This document shows positions 1 to 10,690 of a stretch of DNA of 64,000 bases, piece after piece. Below the pieces are notes generated by a model. It worked only from the letters and a program-made list of their open reading frames with translations, did not search any database and was not told the DNA's origin. Both the position numbers and the translations under genes were made by a program. The DNA is from a virus (Duplodnaviria; Caudoviricetes): the IMG/VR virus record IMGVR_UViG_3300043078_000170. One strand, given 5' to 3'. Numbering within the stretch: the stretch's first letter is position 1; each line of letters opens with the position of its first letter.

Positions 1-777
1 ATATTAAATAATTTTTTATTAGGTAATAAATGCCCTTACTGTAAGAATAAAAATGATGGAAAAACTAATAAAACAGTTACTAAAATGACTAAAGAAGACT
101 TTATTAATAAACTAGACAATGATTATGTATTAATAGGAGACTTTATTAATCTTAAAACTAATGTAAATCTATTACATAAAACTTGTGGCAATATTTATAA
201 TATAAGACCTGGAAATTATCTTTATAATAATCATCGTTGTAACTGTACTAGAACTAAACATAAGTATACTATTGAAGATATTAAAGAATTCTTTAATAAA
301 ATAGATGATTATGAATTAATTTCTAAAGAATATATAAATACAATTAGTAAAATTAAAATAAAGCATTTATCTTGTGGAAATATATTTGAAATGAGATTTA
401 ATGACTTTAAAAATAATAACAATAGATGCCCTAAATGTAGTTCTTCAAAAGGTGAAAATATTATAAGAACTTTTCTATCAAATAATAATATTGGTTTTAT
501 TGAACAAAAATGCTTTGAAGATTGTAAAGATAAAAGAGTATTACCATTTGATTTTTATTTAGAAGATTATAATATACTTATTGAATATGACGGTGAATTA
601 CATTATAAAGAAAGTAGATATAAAAATAGTCAAGATAAATTAAATATTATTAAAAATCATGATAATATTAAGAATAATTATTGTAAGGAAAATAATATAA
701 AACTTATTAGAATACCTTATACAGAATTTGATAATATTGAAAATATTCTTAAAAAGGAGTTGAATGTAAATGGGTAA
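1..777 (+). CDS. Free-standing homing endonuclease (Zn-ribbon repeats + C-terminal PD-(D/E)xK/Vsr-like domain), 5'-truncated by window edge
   Basis: Frame of the 85..777 ORF is open back to base 1 (ILNNFLLGNKCPYCK...). HxxC...CPxC repeats; C-terminal LPFDFYL...IEYDGELH...LIRIPY. Confidence 0.8.
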   Translation: MLNNFLLGNKCPYCKNKNDGKTNKTVTKMTKEDFINKLDNDYVLIGDFINLKTNVNLLHKTCGNIYNIRPGNYLYNNHRCNCTRTKHKYTIEDIKEFFNKIDDYELISKEYINTISKIKIKHLSCGNIFEMRFNDFKNNNNRCPKCSSSKGENIIRTFLSNNNIGFIEQKCFEDCKDKRVLPFDFYLEDYNILIEYDGELHYKESRYKNSQDKLNIIKNHDNIKNNYCKENNIKLIRIPYTEFDNIENILKKELNVNG

Positions 778-1690
778 AAAATTTACTTATATAGAGGTTA
801 AAAATATTATAGAAAAAGAAAATGGATATATTCTAATATCTGAAGAATATATTAATAATAGACAAAAATTAAAAATAAAACATTTAGAATGTAATAATCT
901 ATTCGAAATGGCATTTACAAATTTTTATAATTCTGGTAATAGATGTCCTTATTGTGCAAATAAAATAAGAAATAGAAATAATAAATATAAAATAAGTGAT
1001 ATAAATAGTTATATGAAAAAATTTGGTTATGAATGTTTATCGAAAGAATATCAAAATTACCGACAAAAATTAAAAATAAAGCATTTAGAATGTAATAATA
1101 TATTTGAAATGACTTTTGATAATTTTAAAAATGGTAAAAATCGTTGTCCTTACTGTTCTAATCATATTAAATATTCTATAGAAGATGTTAAGAAAATAAT
1201 TAAAGATAAAGATCCTGATTATGAATGTTTGTCAGAAGAATATATTAATAATAAAACTAACTTAAAAATTAAACATCTTAAATGTAATAATATTTATGAA
1301 GTAAATTTAAATAATTTTTTGAATAAAGAAAATAGGTGTCCTTATTGTAAGACTTCTAAAGGAGAAAAAATTATAAATGATTATTTATTAAAGAATAATA
1401 TAAAATTTATAAGAGAATATAAATTTGAAGATTGTAAAGATAAAAGAGTATTACCATTTGATTTTTATTTAGAAGATTATAATATACTTATTGAATATGA
1501 TGGTGAATTACATTATAAAGAGAGTAGATATCGTGATTCTAAATATAATAAAGATAAATTAAATAAACAAATATTACATGATAATATTAAAAATGAATAT
1601 TGTAAAAATAATCATATAAAACTTATTAGAATTCCATATACAGAGTTTGATAATATTGAAAAGATTCTTAAAGAAGAATTAAATTTGTAA
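770..1690 (+). CDS. Free-standing homing endonuclease, same family (3 Zn-ribbon repeats + nuclease domain)
   Basis: AAGGAG RBS; three KHLxCNN...RCPYC repeats; FDFYL..IEYDGELH; followed by a terminator hairpin, with no intron core seen. Confidence 0.8.
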   Translation: MGKKFTYIEVKNIIEKENGYILISEEYINNRQKLKIKHLECNNLFEMAFTNFYNSGNRCPYCANKIRNRNNKYKISDINSYMKKFGYECLSKEYQNYRQKLKIKHLECNNIFEMTFDNFKNGKNRCPYCSNHIKYSIEDVKKIIKDKDPDYECLSEEYINNKTNLKIKHLKCNNIYEVNLNNFLNKENRCPYCKTSKGEKIINDYLLKNNIKFIREYKFEDCKDKRVLPFDFYLEDYNILIEYDGELHYKESRYRDSKYNKDKLNKQILHDNIKNEYCKNNHIKLIRIPYTEFDNIEKILKEELNL

Positions 1691-1696
1691 TAAATT

Positions 1697-1730
1697 CCCC
1701 CTAAGACTTTTATAGTCTTAGGGGTTATTT
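1697..1730. terminator. Bidirectional intrinsic terminator hairpin
   Basis: CCCCTAAGAC-ttttata-GTCTTAGGGG between convergent genes. Confidence 0.75.
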
Positions 1731-1767
1731 TTATAGTTGGAATATTTTATAAAAACTCTATATAAAA

Positions 1768-3537
1768 TTAAACTCTATCGTAAACAGAACCATCATTATT
1801 CTTAATAATGATCTTTGCAATAATAGGTACGTATTCTTCTAATGTATCACGCTTTGTGAGCATTATAGATGGTACATTAGCGTTAACAGTATTTAAATAA
1901 TTCTTAACAACGTTGAATGTATATGGATAATATTCGAATGTCTTGAATTTATCGGTTGTTGGAACGAAGAACATAGTTAACTCGCCCTGTGGAATTAAGT
2001 CAGAAGAAATAATAGTATACTTATTAGCACCAGAAATAGCACCAATAGAATATTGAACTTCTACACCGTTCTGTTGATCGTTTACAGAATTAAATGACCA
2101 AGAAACGTTAGGAAGAATATTTGTATCAATTGGATTACCAATAATTACAAAGTAACCATTATAGCACTTATAATCGCCACGCATCTTAGTAGCAAGTAAA
2201 TCAAATAACTTCTTAAGTTCATTTAACCATTCAGAAGGATTCATTGCAAAGTGACCAGAAGGATATACATTAAAGCTCTTTCTATACTGAGCTTCAGTAC
2301 CTTCATAAGCTCTCATTAAGAACTGATAAATTCTCTGGTCTAACTTCTGAGCACAAACATTAGACATGATATCGATTAATTCAGCAGCACCATCAACCTG
2401 ATACATAGCCTTTACGTCCTGAAGGAATTCAAGAGGTAAGGATGCTTCAATGTGTTCGCCTGTTCCAATTTCGATATCCTTCTTATCCATTTCAAAGTCA
2501 ACGTTAGTAGACTTCTGATGTGTTTCAGAAGATAAGAATGCCATTACACGAACCTTAGTAGCTCTACCAGACATAGAAACGAATTCTAAGAAACCATTTT
2601 CAAGATCTACAGAACCAAATACAGTATCCTTAACAGGAGTTAAATTACCATCCTTATCATATTCAGTAAAGAATACGTCAGAATAAATTCTTCTGTAAAG
2701 GTCAACCTTTGCATTAACCTTAATAGGAGTTTCTACATAAGTACCATCTGCACCACATACTGGATAGTAAACATCTGTTACAACAAACTTTCTATCTACA
2801 GCATAACGAGCATCATTTGTAGGATTCTTATGATCAAAGATTGTAGAACCTGTAAATAAGTTAAATCTTTCAATCTTACCACCCTCTGCAAGAGCGATTA
2901 CACCCTTATCAATAGGAGTAGCAGCTGTCTTATCATCTGTAGCTTCATAAGTATAAGTACCATCAGCTTCAGAAATAGTAATAGTAGAATAGAACTTAGT
3001 TTCTGTAGGATCACCATCAAAATCAGGATTCTGAGCTACACCATCATTCATAGGAAGCTGATAAAGTTCAGCTAATTCATTATCCTGCATATTAATAGAT
3101 TCTGGTAAGTAATGCTTTGTCTTACCATCTGCACCTAAAATATATGGCTTCATAAATGCTACAGAGAATGCAGGAACTGTTACTGGCTCAGTTGGAACTG
3201 CATACTTTAAGCTTAAACGTGCCCAAAGCTTAACAAGAATAGGCATTGTTAAAGAAGCATAAGGCTGTACGCCTTCTAAAGATTCAGTTAAAATAGATTC
3301 TCTTGTAGAATCTGCCATTTCATGGATCTGAGCACATTCAGTAGCTTCAAAACCTTCGCAAAGATGGCTCATATAATCCTCATATAAAACATTGTCAGTT
3401 AAAATATCTTCAAAATTCTTACCAATGATGTTTGTCTGATGTCTCTGAGCAAAGTAATCCTGTGTCTCAGAAAGTCTTCTAGAGAAAGCATCCTGTGGTG
3501 AAGATGTAGTAACTTTCTTTTGATAAATTACACTCAT
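1768..3537 (-). CDS. Major capsid protein precursor
   Basis: 589 aa; LTES/GVQPY..LTMPILVKLW..AVPTEP resembles the T4 gp23-type N-arm; strongly biased codon usage; late promoter upstream. Confidence 0.7.
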   Translation of the reverse strand: MSVIYQKKVTTSSPQDAFSRRLSETQDYFAQRHQTNIIGKNFEDILTDNVLYEDYMSHLCEGFEATECAQIHEMADSTRESILTESLEGVQPYASLTMPILVKLWARLSLKYAVPTEPVTVPAFSVAFMKPYILGADGKTKHYLPESINMQDNELAELYQLPMNDGVAQNPDFDGDPTETKFYSTITISEADGTYTYEATDDKTAATPIDKGVIALAEGGKIERFNLFTGSTIFDHKNPTNDARYAVDRKFVVTDVYYPVCGADGTYVETPIKVNAKVDLYRRIYSDVFFTEYDKDGNLTPVKDTVFGSVDLENGFLEFVSMSGRATKVRVMAFLSSETHQKSTNVDFEMDKKDIEIGTGEHIEASLPLEFLQDVKAMYQVDGAAELIDIMSNVCAQKLDQRIYQFLMRAYEGTEAQYRKSFNVYPSGHFAMNPSEWLNELKKLFDLLATKMRGDYKCYNGYFVIIGNPIDTNILPNVSWSFNSVNDQQNGVEVQYSIGAISGANKYTIISSDLIPQGELTMFFVPTTDKFKTFEYYPYTFNVVKNYLNTVNANVPSIMLTKRDTLEEYVPIIAKIIIKNNDGSVYDRV

Positions 3538-3644
3538 GGTATCTCACCTAAGATGAAATTATTATCATCTTATTTTTTCCTTTCTTTTAAAGTAATAAAT
3601 TATATAAATAAACTAAAAAAATTATAAATTATATAAATTAATAA

Positions 3645-3656
3645 TAAATTTATGTT
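3645..3656 (-). promoter_or_regulatory. Late-type promoter AACA-N6-TA (capsid gene)
   Basis: AACA TAAATT TA on the minus strand; same motif found before at least 11 genes. Confidence 0.7.
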
Positions 3657-3667
3657 AAGCTCTTTAA

Positions 3668-5014
3668 TTAGTTAAATATCTTTTTAACAACTGTTTTTCC
3701 TAATTGTTCACCACTACCTCTTAATAATGATTGTTTAAAGGTTTGTGATAAATCATGTCTATCCTGTTTTTTTTCTTCTTCTGCTTCTTCTTTTTTACGT
3801 TTTTCTCTAAGGTATTCTTTTTTTTCTTCAGCAGTCATATTTTTCATTTTTTCTGCTTCTTTTTTCTTTTCTTCTTCTTTCTTTTTAGCTTTTTCTTTTT
3901 CCATTTTTTCTACTTTAGCTTTTCTCTTTTCTTCTTCAGCTTTAATACCATTTATAGCAGCTTTAGTATAAACAGAAATATGCTTCTTAGCTTGTTCAAA
4001 CGCATTTTCATCTAAAGGTTCTAAACCTCTAGATTCCATCATAATACAATATGAATTATATGATTTAATTTTAAAGTTTTCATCATATTCTAATGCTTCT
4101 AAATAATTATCCATATCATAAGAAGATACACTCATTAGTTCTTCACAAACTGGATTTAGATGTTTATTAAATCCCATTTTTTCATATACTTTATTTCTAT
4201 CATGTCTATTTTTCTGATCTTTATCAACTTTTCTATCTAATTTACGGTTAGCTCTACTTGGATCGCCCTTTATTTTATGCCTAATTTCATTTCCTGCAAA
4301 AGCAGTACCTAAAGTAGCAGCAGTTCCTAATATAACTTTTTTCTTTAATGCTTTCTTATCATTTTTCCATTCTTTATAAGATTTATAATTTTTATTACCT
4401 TTAGCTTTTTCTCTTTGTTTATATTCATTATAACTTTCTTTATCTTTAGACTCATTAAAATAATTATTATAATAATTTAATAATTCTGATTCTGTAAAGT
4501 TTTCATATAAATAAATATATAAACTTTCATTTAAAGCTTGTTTAGTATCTCTAAATTTTTTCTTTCCTTCTTTTTTTCCAATAAGCCTACCTGTTTTTGT
4601 AGCATATCTTTGTGTCTGTTTTCCATAAGCTCTAATTTGTTTTTCTTGAGCTCTTTGATTAATTCTAGCTTGTTTTCTCATCATTCTAGCATTATGTGCA
4701 TTTTGTTTTTTGCGTATATTTTCAGCAGTTTTATCTTCATCTTTATTATCATGCATTTTTTTAAGACCAACACCAGTAGCTGCTACCGCACCTAAAGCAG
4801 CTAATCTTTTTAAACGTTTTTTACGTTTTACTTCATCTTTATAGCCTTCAGGAGATTTAGCTATTTTACCTTTTGCAGCTTGTTGATTGCGATAATCTAT
4901 ATATCTAGGATCATTTTCTTTTTTATTTTTTTTAATTCCATGACTTAATAAACCATCATCCTCTTTATCTTCTTCTTTATTTTTATTAAAAATACCTTCA
5001 TTATAATAATACAT
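3668..5014 (-). CDS. Lys-rich modular protein with Gly/Ala hydrophobic helices; putative internal head protein
   Basis: Three YxxY-x6-G modules, two followed by AALGAVAATGVG / ILGTAATLGTAFAG; acidic/Tyr spacers containing LNES/FNES; adjacent to capsid gene. Confidence 0.45.
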   Translation of the reverse strand: MYYYNEGIFNKNKEEDKEDDGLLSHGIKKNKKENDPRYIDYRNQQAAKGKIAKSPEGYKDEVKRKKRLKRLAALGAVAATGVGLKKMHDNKDEDKTAENIRKKQNAHNARMMRKQARINQRAQEKQIRAYGKQTQRYATKTGRLIGKKEGKKKFRDTKQALNESLYIYLYENFTESELLNYYNNYFNESKDKESYNEYKQREKAKGNKNYKSYKEWKNDKKALKKKVILGTAATLGTAFAGNEIRHKIKGDPSRANRKLDRKVDKDQKNRHDRNKVYEKMGFNKHLNPVCEELMSVSSYDMDNYLEALEYDENFKIKSYNSYCIMMESRGLEPLDENAFEQAKKHISVYTKAAINGIKAEEEKRKAKVEKMEKEKAKKKEEEKKKEAEKMKNMTAEEKKEYLREKRKKEEAEEEKKQDRHDLSQTFKQSLLRGSGEQLGKTVVKKIFN

Positions 5015-5053
5015 CTTCTCACCTTCTCTATTTAAAATTAATAATAAATAGTT

Positions 5054-6973
5054 TTAAGCATAAGTACCATCAAAACCACTTAATGTATTATTTTTCTTCT
5101 CATTGATCTTTGAAAATGGTGAATCTAATTTTAATTCTAGTTTCTGCAATATTTTTTTATCACTAGAAACTTTCATTAATTTTTCCATTTTCTTTATTTG
5201 TTCTTGAATTTCTTTTTTCTGTTTCGGATTTAATTTATCACCATTTTTATTTAATTCTTGTTTATATAATTCTAATATTTTTTTACATCTTGTAATATTA
5301 GAAGGATGACAATCTATAAAATACATTCCCATATAAGATGTAAATAAAGTATATATTTTAGAAAGAGATGTAAGAACATCTAAAGAATTCATTGGATTAT
5401 CTGAAATGGCTTCTAACCCAGTGTAGAGATCTTTACCATAACCATGTTTAGCTGCAAAAGCATCTGCATATTTTTCAGCCTGATAGTCTAAAGTAAGAAG
5501 ACCTGCTGAACCAACGTCTTTAAATAAAGATTTTATTACTTTCATTAATATAATTTTAATAACTAATTTTATAGGTGTAAATATTATATTTAATGTTTTA
5601 TTAATTGCACCAAAGACTTCTCTAAAGCCACCAATAATTTTATTAAATACAGTTAAATTAAGTTGTAATTTATCTCCAATAATATCATAAGATCCTGGAT
5701 TAGATAACCAAACTAAAGTTTTATAAATAAATTCTTTTTGTTTAGTTGGAAGAAATTCTAATGGCATTTTAAATAATGTTTCAATTAAAAATTCTAATAA
5801 ATCTTTTGTATATTCTCTAAAAGCACCTTCAGAATTATTTAATAAAAATTTCCAAGTTATTTCTAAAATACCATCGACTATATTTTTACTACTATTATAA
5901 CGAATATATTCTTTTCGTACAAAGAAATTATGTCCTATTTCATGAAGAAATATCGCATTAACTTCTTCTTTAGTAAGTTCACCTGTTAATAATTTAGGAT
6001 AAATATAGATATTAATTTTTTTATCAGTTGAATCTTTAAATTTAATTCCTTCAGAATTTTCAACTAAATCATAATTCTGCTTTTTAGTTTTACTAGCAAT
6101 ATTAATCCAATTTATAGTAAAAGCATTTTGAACGCCGTAATTACTACCAATATGAATATTTAATTTTTCTAAATTAAAATATTTTTCTAATTTAGCTTCA
6201 GCTTTTTTAATATCATTTTTATATTTATATGGATTTTCATTATGACTAACTGCATAAATAAGTTTTTCCCATAATTCATCTTCTATTTCTTTCATTGTAT
6301 TGGATTTTCCATAGAAAGCTTCATTATAATAATTATCTTCTTTTAAACTTGTTACAGTATTATAAGCTCCTAATCCAGTAGTGAAAACTGAAGCACCTGC
6401 AGCAATTGCTAATTGTTTATTTTGTTTTTTTAATTCATTAATTCTATTATTCTTCCAAATACTAAAGCTTTCTTTTGAACCAGATTGTTTATAAAGCTTT
6501 TTAGCTTCACTATTATTATTTAATAATTTTAATTCTTTATTATTTTTTACTAATGTTTTAAAACTATAAAAAGATCCTGCAGCTCCTGCTCCAGTTATAG
6601 CTAAATTTTTAGATACTTTTCCAACATTTCTACCGTTTATATTGAAATTATTAAAATTAACATTTGATATGTTTGGAGCTATATATTTACCTTTTTTATT
6701 TAAAGTATTATAAGCTCCTAATCCAGTAGCTCCTACTACACCTAAATTACTATATCTTAAATTTTTAATTTGTCCGTTTAAATACATTTTTCTTTCTGAA
6801 AGCCATTTAGAATAAGGTTTTTCACTTCCAGAATCTCTATATATTTTTTTAGCTTCTGTAGGATTATTTAATAATTTTAATTCTTTTTTTAAATTAGCAA
6901 GTTCTAATGTATTAGCAGCACCTGCAGTAGCAGCCAAACCCATAGTACCTAATCCTATTTGTTGTCTAGTCAT
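5054..6973 (-). CDS. Zn-metallopeptidase (M48-like HEIGH) fused to N-terminal basic/Gly-Ala repeat modules; putative virion protein
   Basis: AIFLHEIGHNF, EKYADAFAAKHGYG, HPSNITR; N-terminus has two copies of ELKLLNN..EAKK.Y..SGS....S.W...TGLGAYNT. Confidence 0.6.
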   Translation of the reverse strand: MTRQQIGLGTMGLAATAGAANTLELANLKKELKLLNNPTEAKKIYRDSGSEKPYSKWLSERKMYLNGQIKNLRYSNLGVVGATGLGAYNTLNKKGKYIAPNISNVNFNNFNINGRNVGKVSKNLAITGAGAAGSFYSFKTLVKNNKELKLLNNNSEAKKLYKQSGSKESFSIWKNNRINELKKQNKQLAIAAGASVFTTGLGAYNTVTSLKEDNYYNEAFYGKSNTMKEIEDELWEKLIYAVSHNENPYKYKNDIKKAEAKLEKYFNLEKLNIHIGSNYGVQNAFTINWINIASKTKKQNYDLVENSEGIKFKDSTDKKINIYIYPKLLTGELTKEEVNAIFLHEIGHNFFVRKEYIRYNSSKNIVDGILEITWKFLLNNSEGAFREYTKDLLEFLIETLFKMPLEFLPTKQKEFIYKTLVWLSNPGSYDIIGDKLQLNLTVFNKIIGGFREVFGAINKTLNIIFTPIKLVIKIILMKVIKSLFKDVGSAGLLTLDYQAEKYADAFAAKHGYGKDLYTGLEAISDNPMNSLDVLTSLSKIYTLFTSYMGMYFIDCHPSNITRCKKILELYKQELNKNGDKLNPKQKKEIQEQIKKMEKLMKVSSDKKILQKLELKLDSPFSKINEKKNNTLSGFDGTYA

Positions 6974-7026
6974 TTATAGTAGCATCTCCTTTCTATATAT
7001 TTAATAATTAAAAGTTTTTAATTAAA

Positions 7027-7058
7027 AACCCTAATGAGCATTACACTCATTAGGGTTA
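7027..7058. terminator. Intrinsic terminator hairpin downstream of recA
   Basis: AACCCTAATGAG-cattaca-CTCATTAGGGTT. Confidence 0.7.
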
Positions 7059-7076
7059 CTTTATATAATATTTATT

Positions 7077-10000
7077 TTATTCTTCGTATTCTACTTCTTC
7101 GCCTTCAGATGTATAGAACTTTCCATCAGAACCTTCCCATACATCATTTTCTTTATCAATGCATTTAATAAGTTCAATATCTTCTTCAACTTCGTCTATT
7201 ACTTCTTCATTATTATCTAAATTTTTATCAATATATAAAGAAGAATTTGGAATAAACTTTACATAGTTTTCTTTAATAAGATCAGCAACAGCTTTTCTTA
7301 ATTTTTCATTCTCATTATACTTTTCTTTAAAAGTCTTTAGAGTAAATTTAACTTCAGGAAGTTTTTCTAAATAATAAGCTCTTGGAGAACCCTTAAGTAT
7401 TCCTAATTCCTTGAAATTAACTAAATTACTTAAAACATTGTCAAAACCCGTTGACTGTTCAAAAACCATTTCAAAAGTTCTTCCTGCTTCATTAGATCTT
7501 GACTTTATGAACTCACCTTTTACCATAAATCCTTTAACACCATAAGTTGAATCTTCATCAAGCTTTGTTGAAGTTGTACAACGAATGATATTATTGGCAA
7601 GGTATAGTATTGAACTTCCGCCTGGAATACTTTCCTTTAAATTTTCATATAAGGTCGTTAAGCTTATATCGTTCTCTTATGAACTGCTACATATTACTAT
7701 ATAGAAAAGACTATATCTTCATTATTATATTAATAATGCTCCCCATTTCGATTTAATCAGGAATTACTGAATTATTACTTCATACCTAAACCACTTGGCT
7801 CTACTCTACTTCCTTCTTCAGCTATTCAATAATAGCTTATGGTTTCGATAGTCGTTGAACTTTACTTATTTCTTTAGATATAATTTCATTAATTTTATCA
7901 AACTCATCATATTTTATTATTAAAATATTATAACCTAATAATTCTGCAATATTGTATTTATTTTTATCTATATTTTGTCTATCTTCTAAATCTTTATCAT
8001 TCATATACCATTTTTTAAAATAATGCTGAGTACCATTGACTTCTATTATTAAATTATAATCTTCTAAATAAAAATCATATGGTTTATTTTTTAAATAATC
8101 ATTATTTCTAATAATAAAATCATGTGTAAATGATATATTTTCAGATAATAAAAAATTTTTAACTTTTTCTTCTCCAATAGATAATTTCTTACAAAAAGGG
8201 CATATTTGATTTTTTGAAAAATTTTTAAAATCAATATTAAATTCATTATTACAAAATAAATGTTTAATTTTTATTTTATTTTCTTTATTTGAATTATAAT
8301 ATCCTTCAATAAATTTAAAATCTTTATTTAAAGAATTTATTTCTTTTTCTAAATTATTTTTTATATATTTATTTTTATCATTTGTAGAAATTATATTACA
8401 ATTATTACAAAATATATTTGAGTCACTTGTAATTATATGACTATAAGATTTTTCAAAAATATTTTTACATTTTTTACATTTTAATTTAATATTACTTCTG
8501 GAATCTTTATTCCATTCTAATATTTCATAATTTTCTTTTAATTTGTCATATAATAACTTTTTGTAATTTTCTTTTTTAGATTTAACATGATTACATATAG
8601 GACATCTATTTCCATTTGATATAAAATTATTAGGTTTAATTTTCCAACTATAACCACATTTATTATGTTTACATAAAATCTCAGTTGAACTATTTACGTA
8701 ATCTTCTAAAAAAGTATATTCATTTCCAACTAACTTTATAATTTTTTCTTTAAATTCTTCATTAGTTATTTTTTTAGCCAATTATATCACCTTCTTTAGC
8801 TTTTAAATTACTAAAGAAATAAGTCTTAGCTGCTGATTGTCCTTGTTTTAAGGAGTTTCCAGCAATTAGAGGAGTTTAGACAGGACTCAAGATTATCGTT
8901 GGTTAATCCTGTTTGAGATAGTTTATTGCAGCTTGCGTCTTAGCAAATGCATTTATCTCAATTTTTTGAGTTATATGGTTAATTGCAATTAAGATAATAT
9001 TTCCTCTTTCAAGAGGACCTGCTAATCTCTTAATAATAGAATTATTAATTCTTGCAATAGATGTTGCTGACATCTGACCACTTAATTCATCTTCTTCAGA
9101 AATTCCTTCAGGAATAGTTAAAGCCCAACTGTCTAATAAAATTACTGTAGGTGGTAAAACATAAATAGGATTTCCATCACTATCTACTTCACCAGAATCT
9201 AACTTAATTTCATCATAAGTTTCAGGCTTATTCTTAAGCTTATCAATAGATTTAACTAATTTATAAATGCTTTCAGAATAAATATTTCTCTGAAGATTCT
9301 TATACTTCTTTTCAATAGTTTCATCAGACCAACCAGAAATAGTTTTAACTCTAGAAACATTAGTTGCTCTTTCAAAGTCATAGTGGAAGATATTACCATT
9401 TTCATATGGTTCAACAATAGAACAAGCCATCTTAATAGCTAATGATGTATTATGTGTTACAATAAAATCATTAGTAAGATATAGATGTCTATCAGAATCA
9501 ACCATAATACACTGCATTGCAGTTTCACCAATTTTTTCAATTTTTGAAATCTTTCTTGCTGGTTCTTTATATTTTTCTGATTTAACATATTTACTTGTAT
9601 GCTTTAATGATGAAAAAGGAATAATATCGCTTGGTAGTTTAATAAAAAGTCTATAATTATCTCTACAAATAACTTTTTCGCCATTATTATTTGTATATTC
9701 TGTCTTTTTAGTCATTAAATTAGTAATTCCACCTAAGCTTTCAACTAAAAATTTAACATCATTAATTAGTCTCTTTGAAGAAGAATAATAATAAACACAC
9801 TTATCCTTTTCAATACAACCATCTGTATCAATTAATCCCTGTAATAATTTAATTCTATTTTTTACTGAATTAAATTTATACATATCTGGAATAAATTTTT
9901 CATGAGAATAGCATCCATAAAGATTTAAATCCATTAATGATTCTTTTAATGATTTTACATTTTTTATATAATAATCATTATCGCTAGATTTATATAAAGC

Positions 10001-10690
10001 CATATTGTCTTCATTTAAAATAAACTTAACTTTTTCAATAATATCATTTTCTGAATTAGAAATAGAAATATGATTAGCACTATAAGTCATACAGCCATCA
10101 CCGATTAAAATTCCTAATAGATAAGGATCAATTGGAAGTTTTTCTACATTACTAAATTCAATTGGTTTTGTCATTGGAATATAATATTTTAATTTTTCCT
10201 TTGAATTAATATAATCTTTCTGAATTTCTTTTAGAGTCATTACTTTTGTTATTTTATAAGTTTCTTTCTTATGTCTATTCCAATTTAAATAAGAAACTTC
10301 AAACAAATGTTCATCATTACATTCCATAGATGTACCATCTGTAAATGTTACTCTAAAATTATCTTTAATTCCCTGTGGATAAATTCCAATTACTTTAGCA
10401 CTTTTACCATCAGGTGTAGAAACTAAATCTCCAATTTTAATATCACCCATTTTTTTAATACCTGTTGGTGTAATTACATCAGAATATAAAGGCTGAGCTT
10501 TACCGCTTCCGCTTTTGCCAATAATGGTAACAATTCTACCACCATCAAAACCAGTAGTAATCTTTCCATGTTCAATTCTTCCGTTACGATAATCCATTAC
10601 ATCAATACCACTAGTATAAGTAGGTGTAAATGGAATTTCCTCTCCTAGTTTTTCCTTCTGAATTGTTTCATTAATAAGATCAAATAACAT
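7077..10690 (-). CDS. recA: RecA/UvsX-like recombinase; exon 1 10690..8906 (contains intein), exon 2 7634..7077
   Basis: Walker A GKSGSGK|TSLA after intein removal; Walker B VILLDSW; IAINHI; splicing restores YLKQD|ESIPGGSSILYLANNIIR, equivalent to RecA ETTPGGRALKFYA. Confidence 0.85.
7635..8905 (-). mobile_element. Group I intron in recA (1271 nt) with endonuclease ORF in P6
   Basis: P1: exon CAGGAU pairs with GUCCUG (terminal U-G); core elements AATTGCTGGAAACTCC, AATCAGCAGC, GTTCAACGACTA, AAGATATAGTC; ends in G at 7635; in-frame junction. Confidence 0.9.
7837..8781 (-). CDS. Intron-encoded homing endonuclease (Zn-ribbon repeats + PD-(D/E)xK-like domain)
   Basis: TTG start after GAAGGTGA; CPIC/CPFC repeats; YDFYL..IEVNGTQH; C-terminus (KVQRLSKP) runs into the intron core. 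Confidence 0.8.
   Translation of the reverse strand: MAKKITNEEFKEKIIKLVGNEYTFLEDYVNSSTEILCKHNKCGYSWKIKPNNFISNGNRCPICNHVKSKKENYKKLLYDKLKENYEILEWNKDSRSNIKLKCKKCKNIFEKSYSHIITSDSNIFCNNCNIISTNDKNKYIKNNLEKEINSLNKDFKFIEGYYNSNKENKIKIKHLFCNNEFNIDFKNFSKNQICPFCKKLSIGEEKVKNFLLSENISFTHDFIIRNNDYLKNKPYDFYLEDYNLIIEVNGTQHYFKKWYMNDKDLEDRQNIDKNKYNIAELLGYNILIIKYDEFDKINEIISKEISKVQRLSKP
9449..10498 (-). mobile_element. Intein (350 aa) with LAGLIDADG endonuclease, inserted in RecA Walker A; Ala1, class-3-like
   Basis: Starts AQPLYSDV; block B CNDEHLF; LLGILIGDG and LLQGLIDTDG motifs; ends MQCIMVDSDRHLYLTNDFIVTHN followed by Thr+1. Confidence 0.9.

Noticed and set aside
3755-4795. Phe-rich + strand ORFs 3755..4015 and 4538..4795
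   Set aside because: Antisense shadows of the Lys/Glu-rich gene 3668..5014; no RBS.
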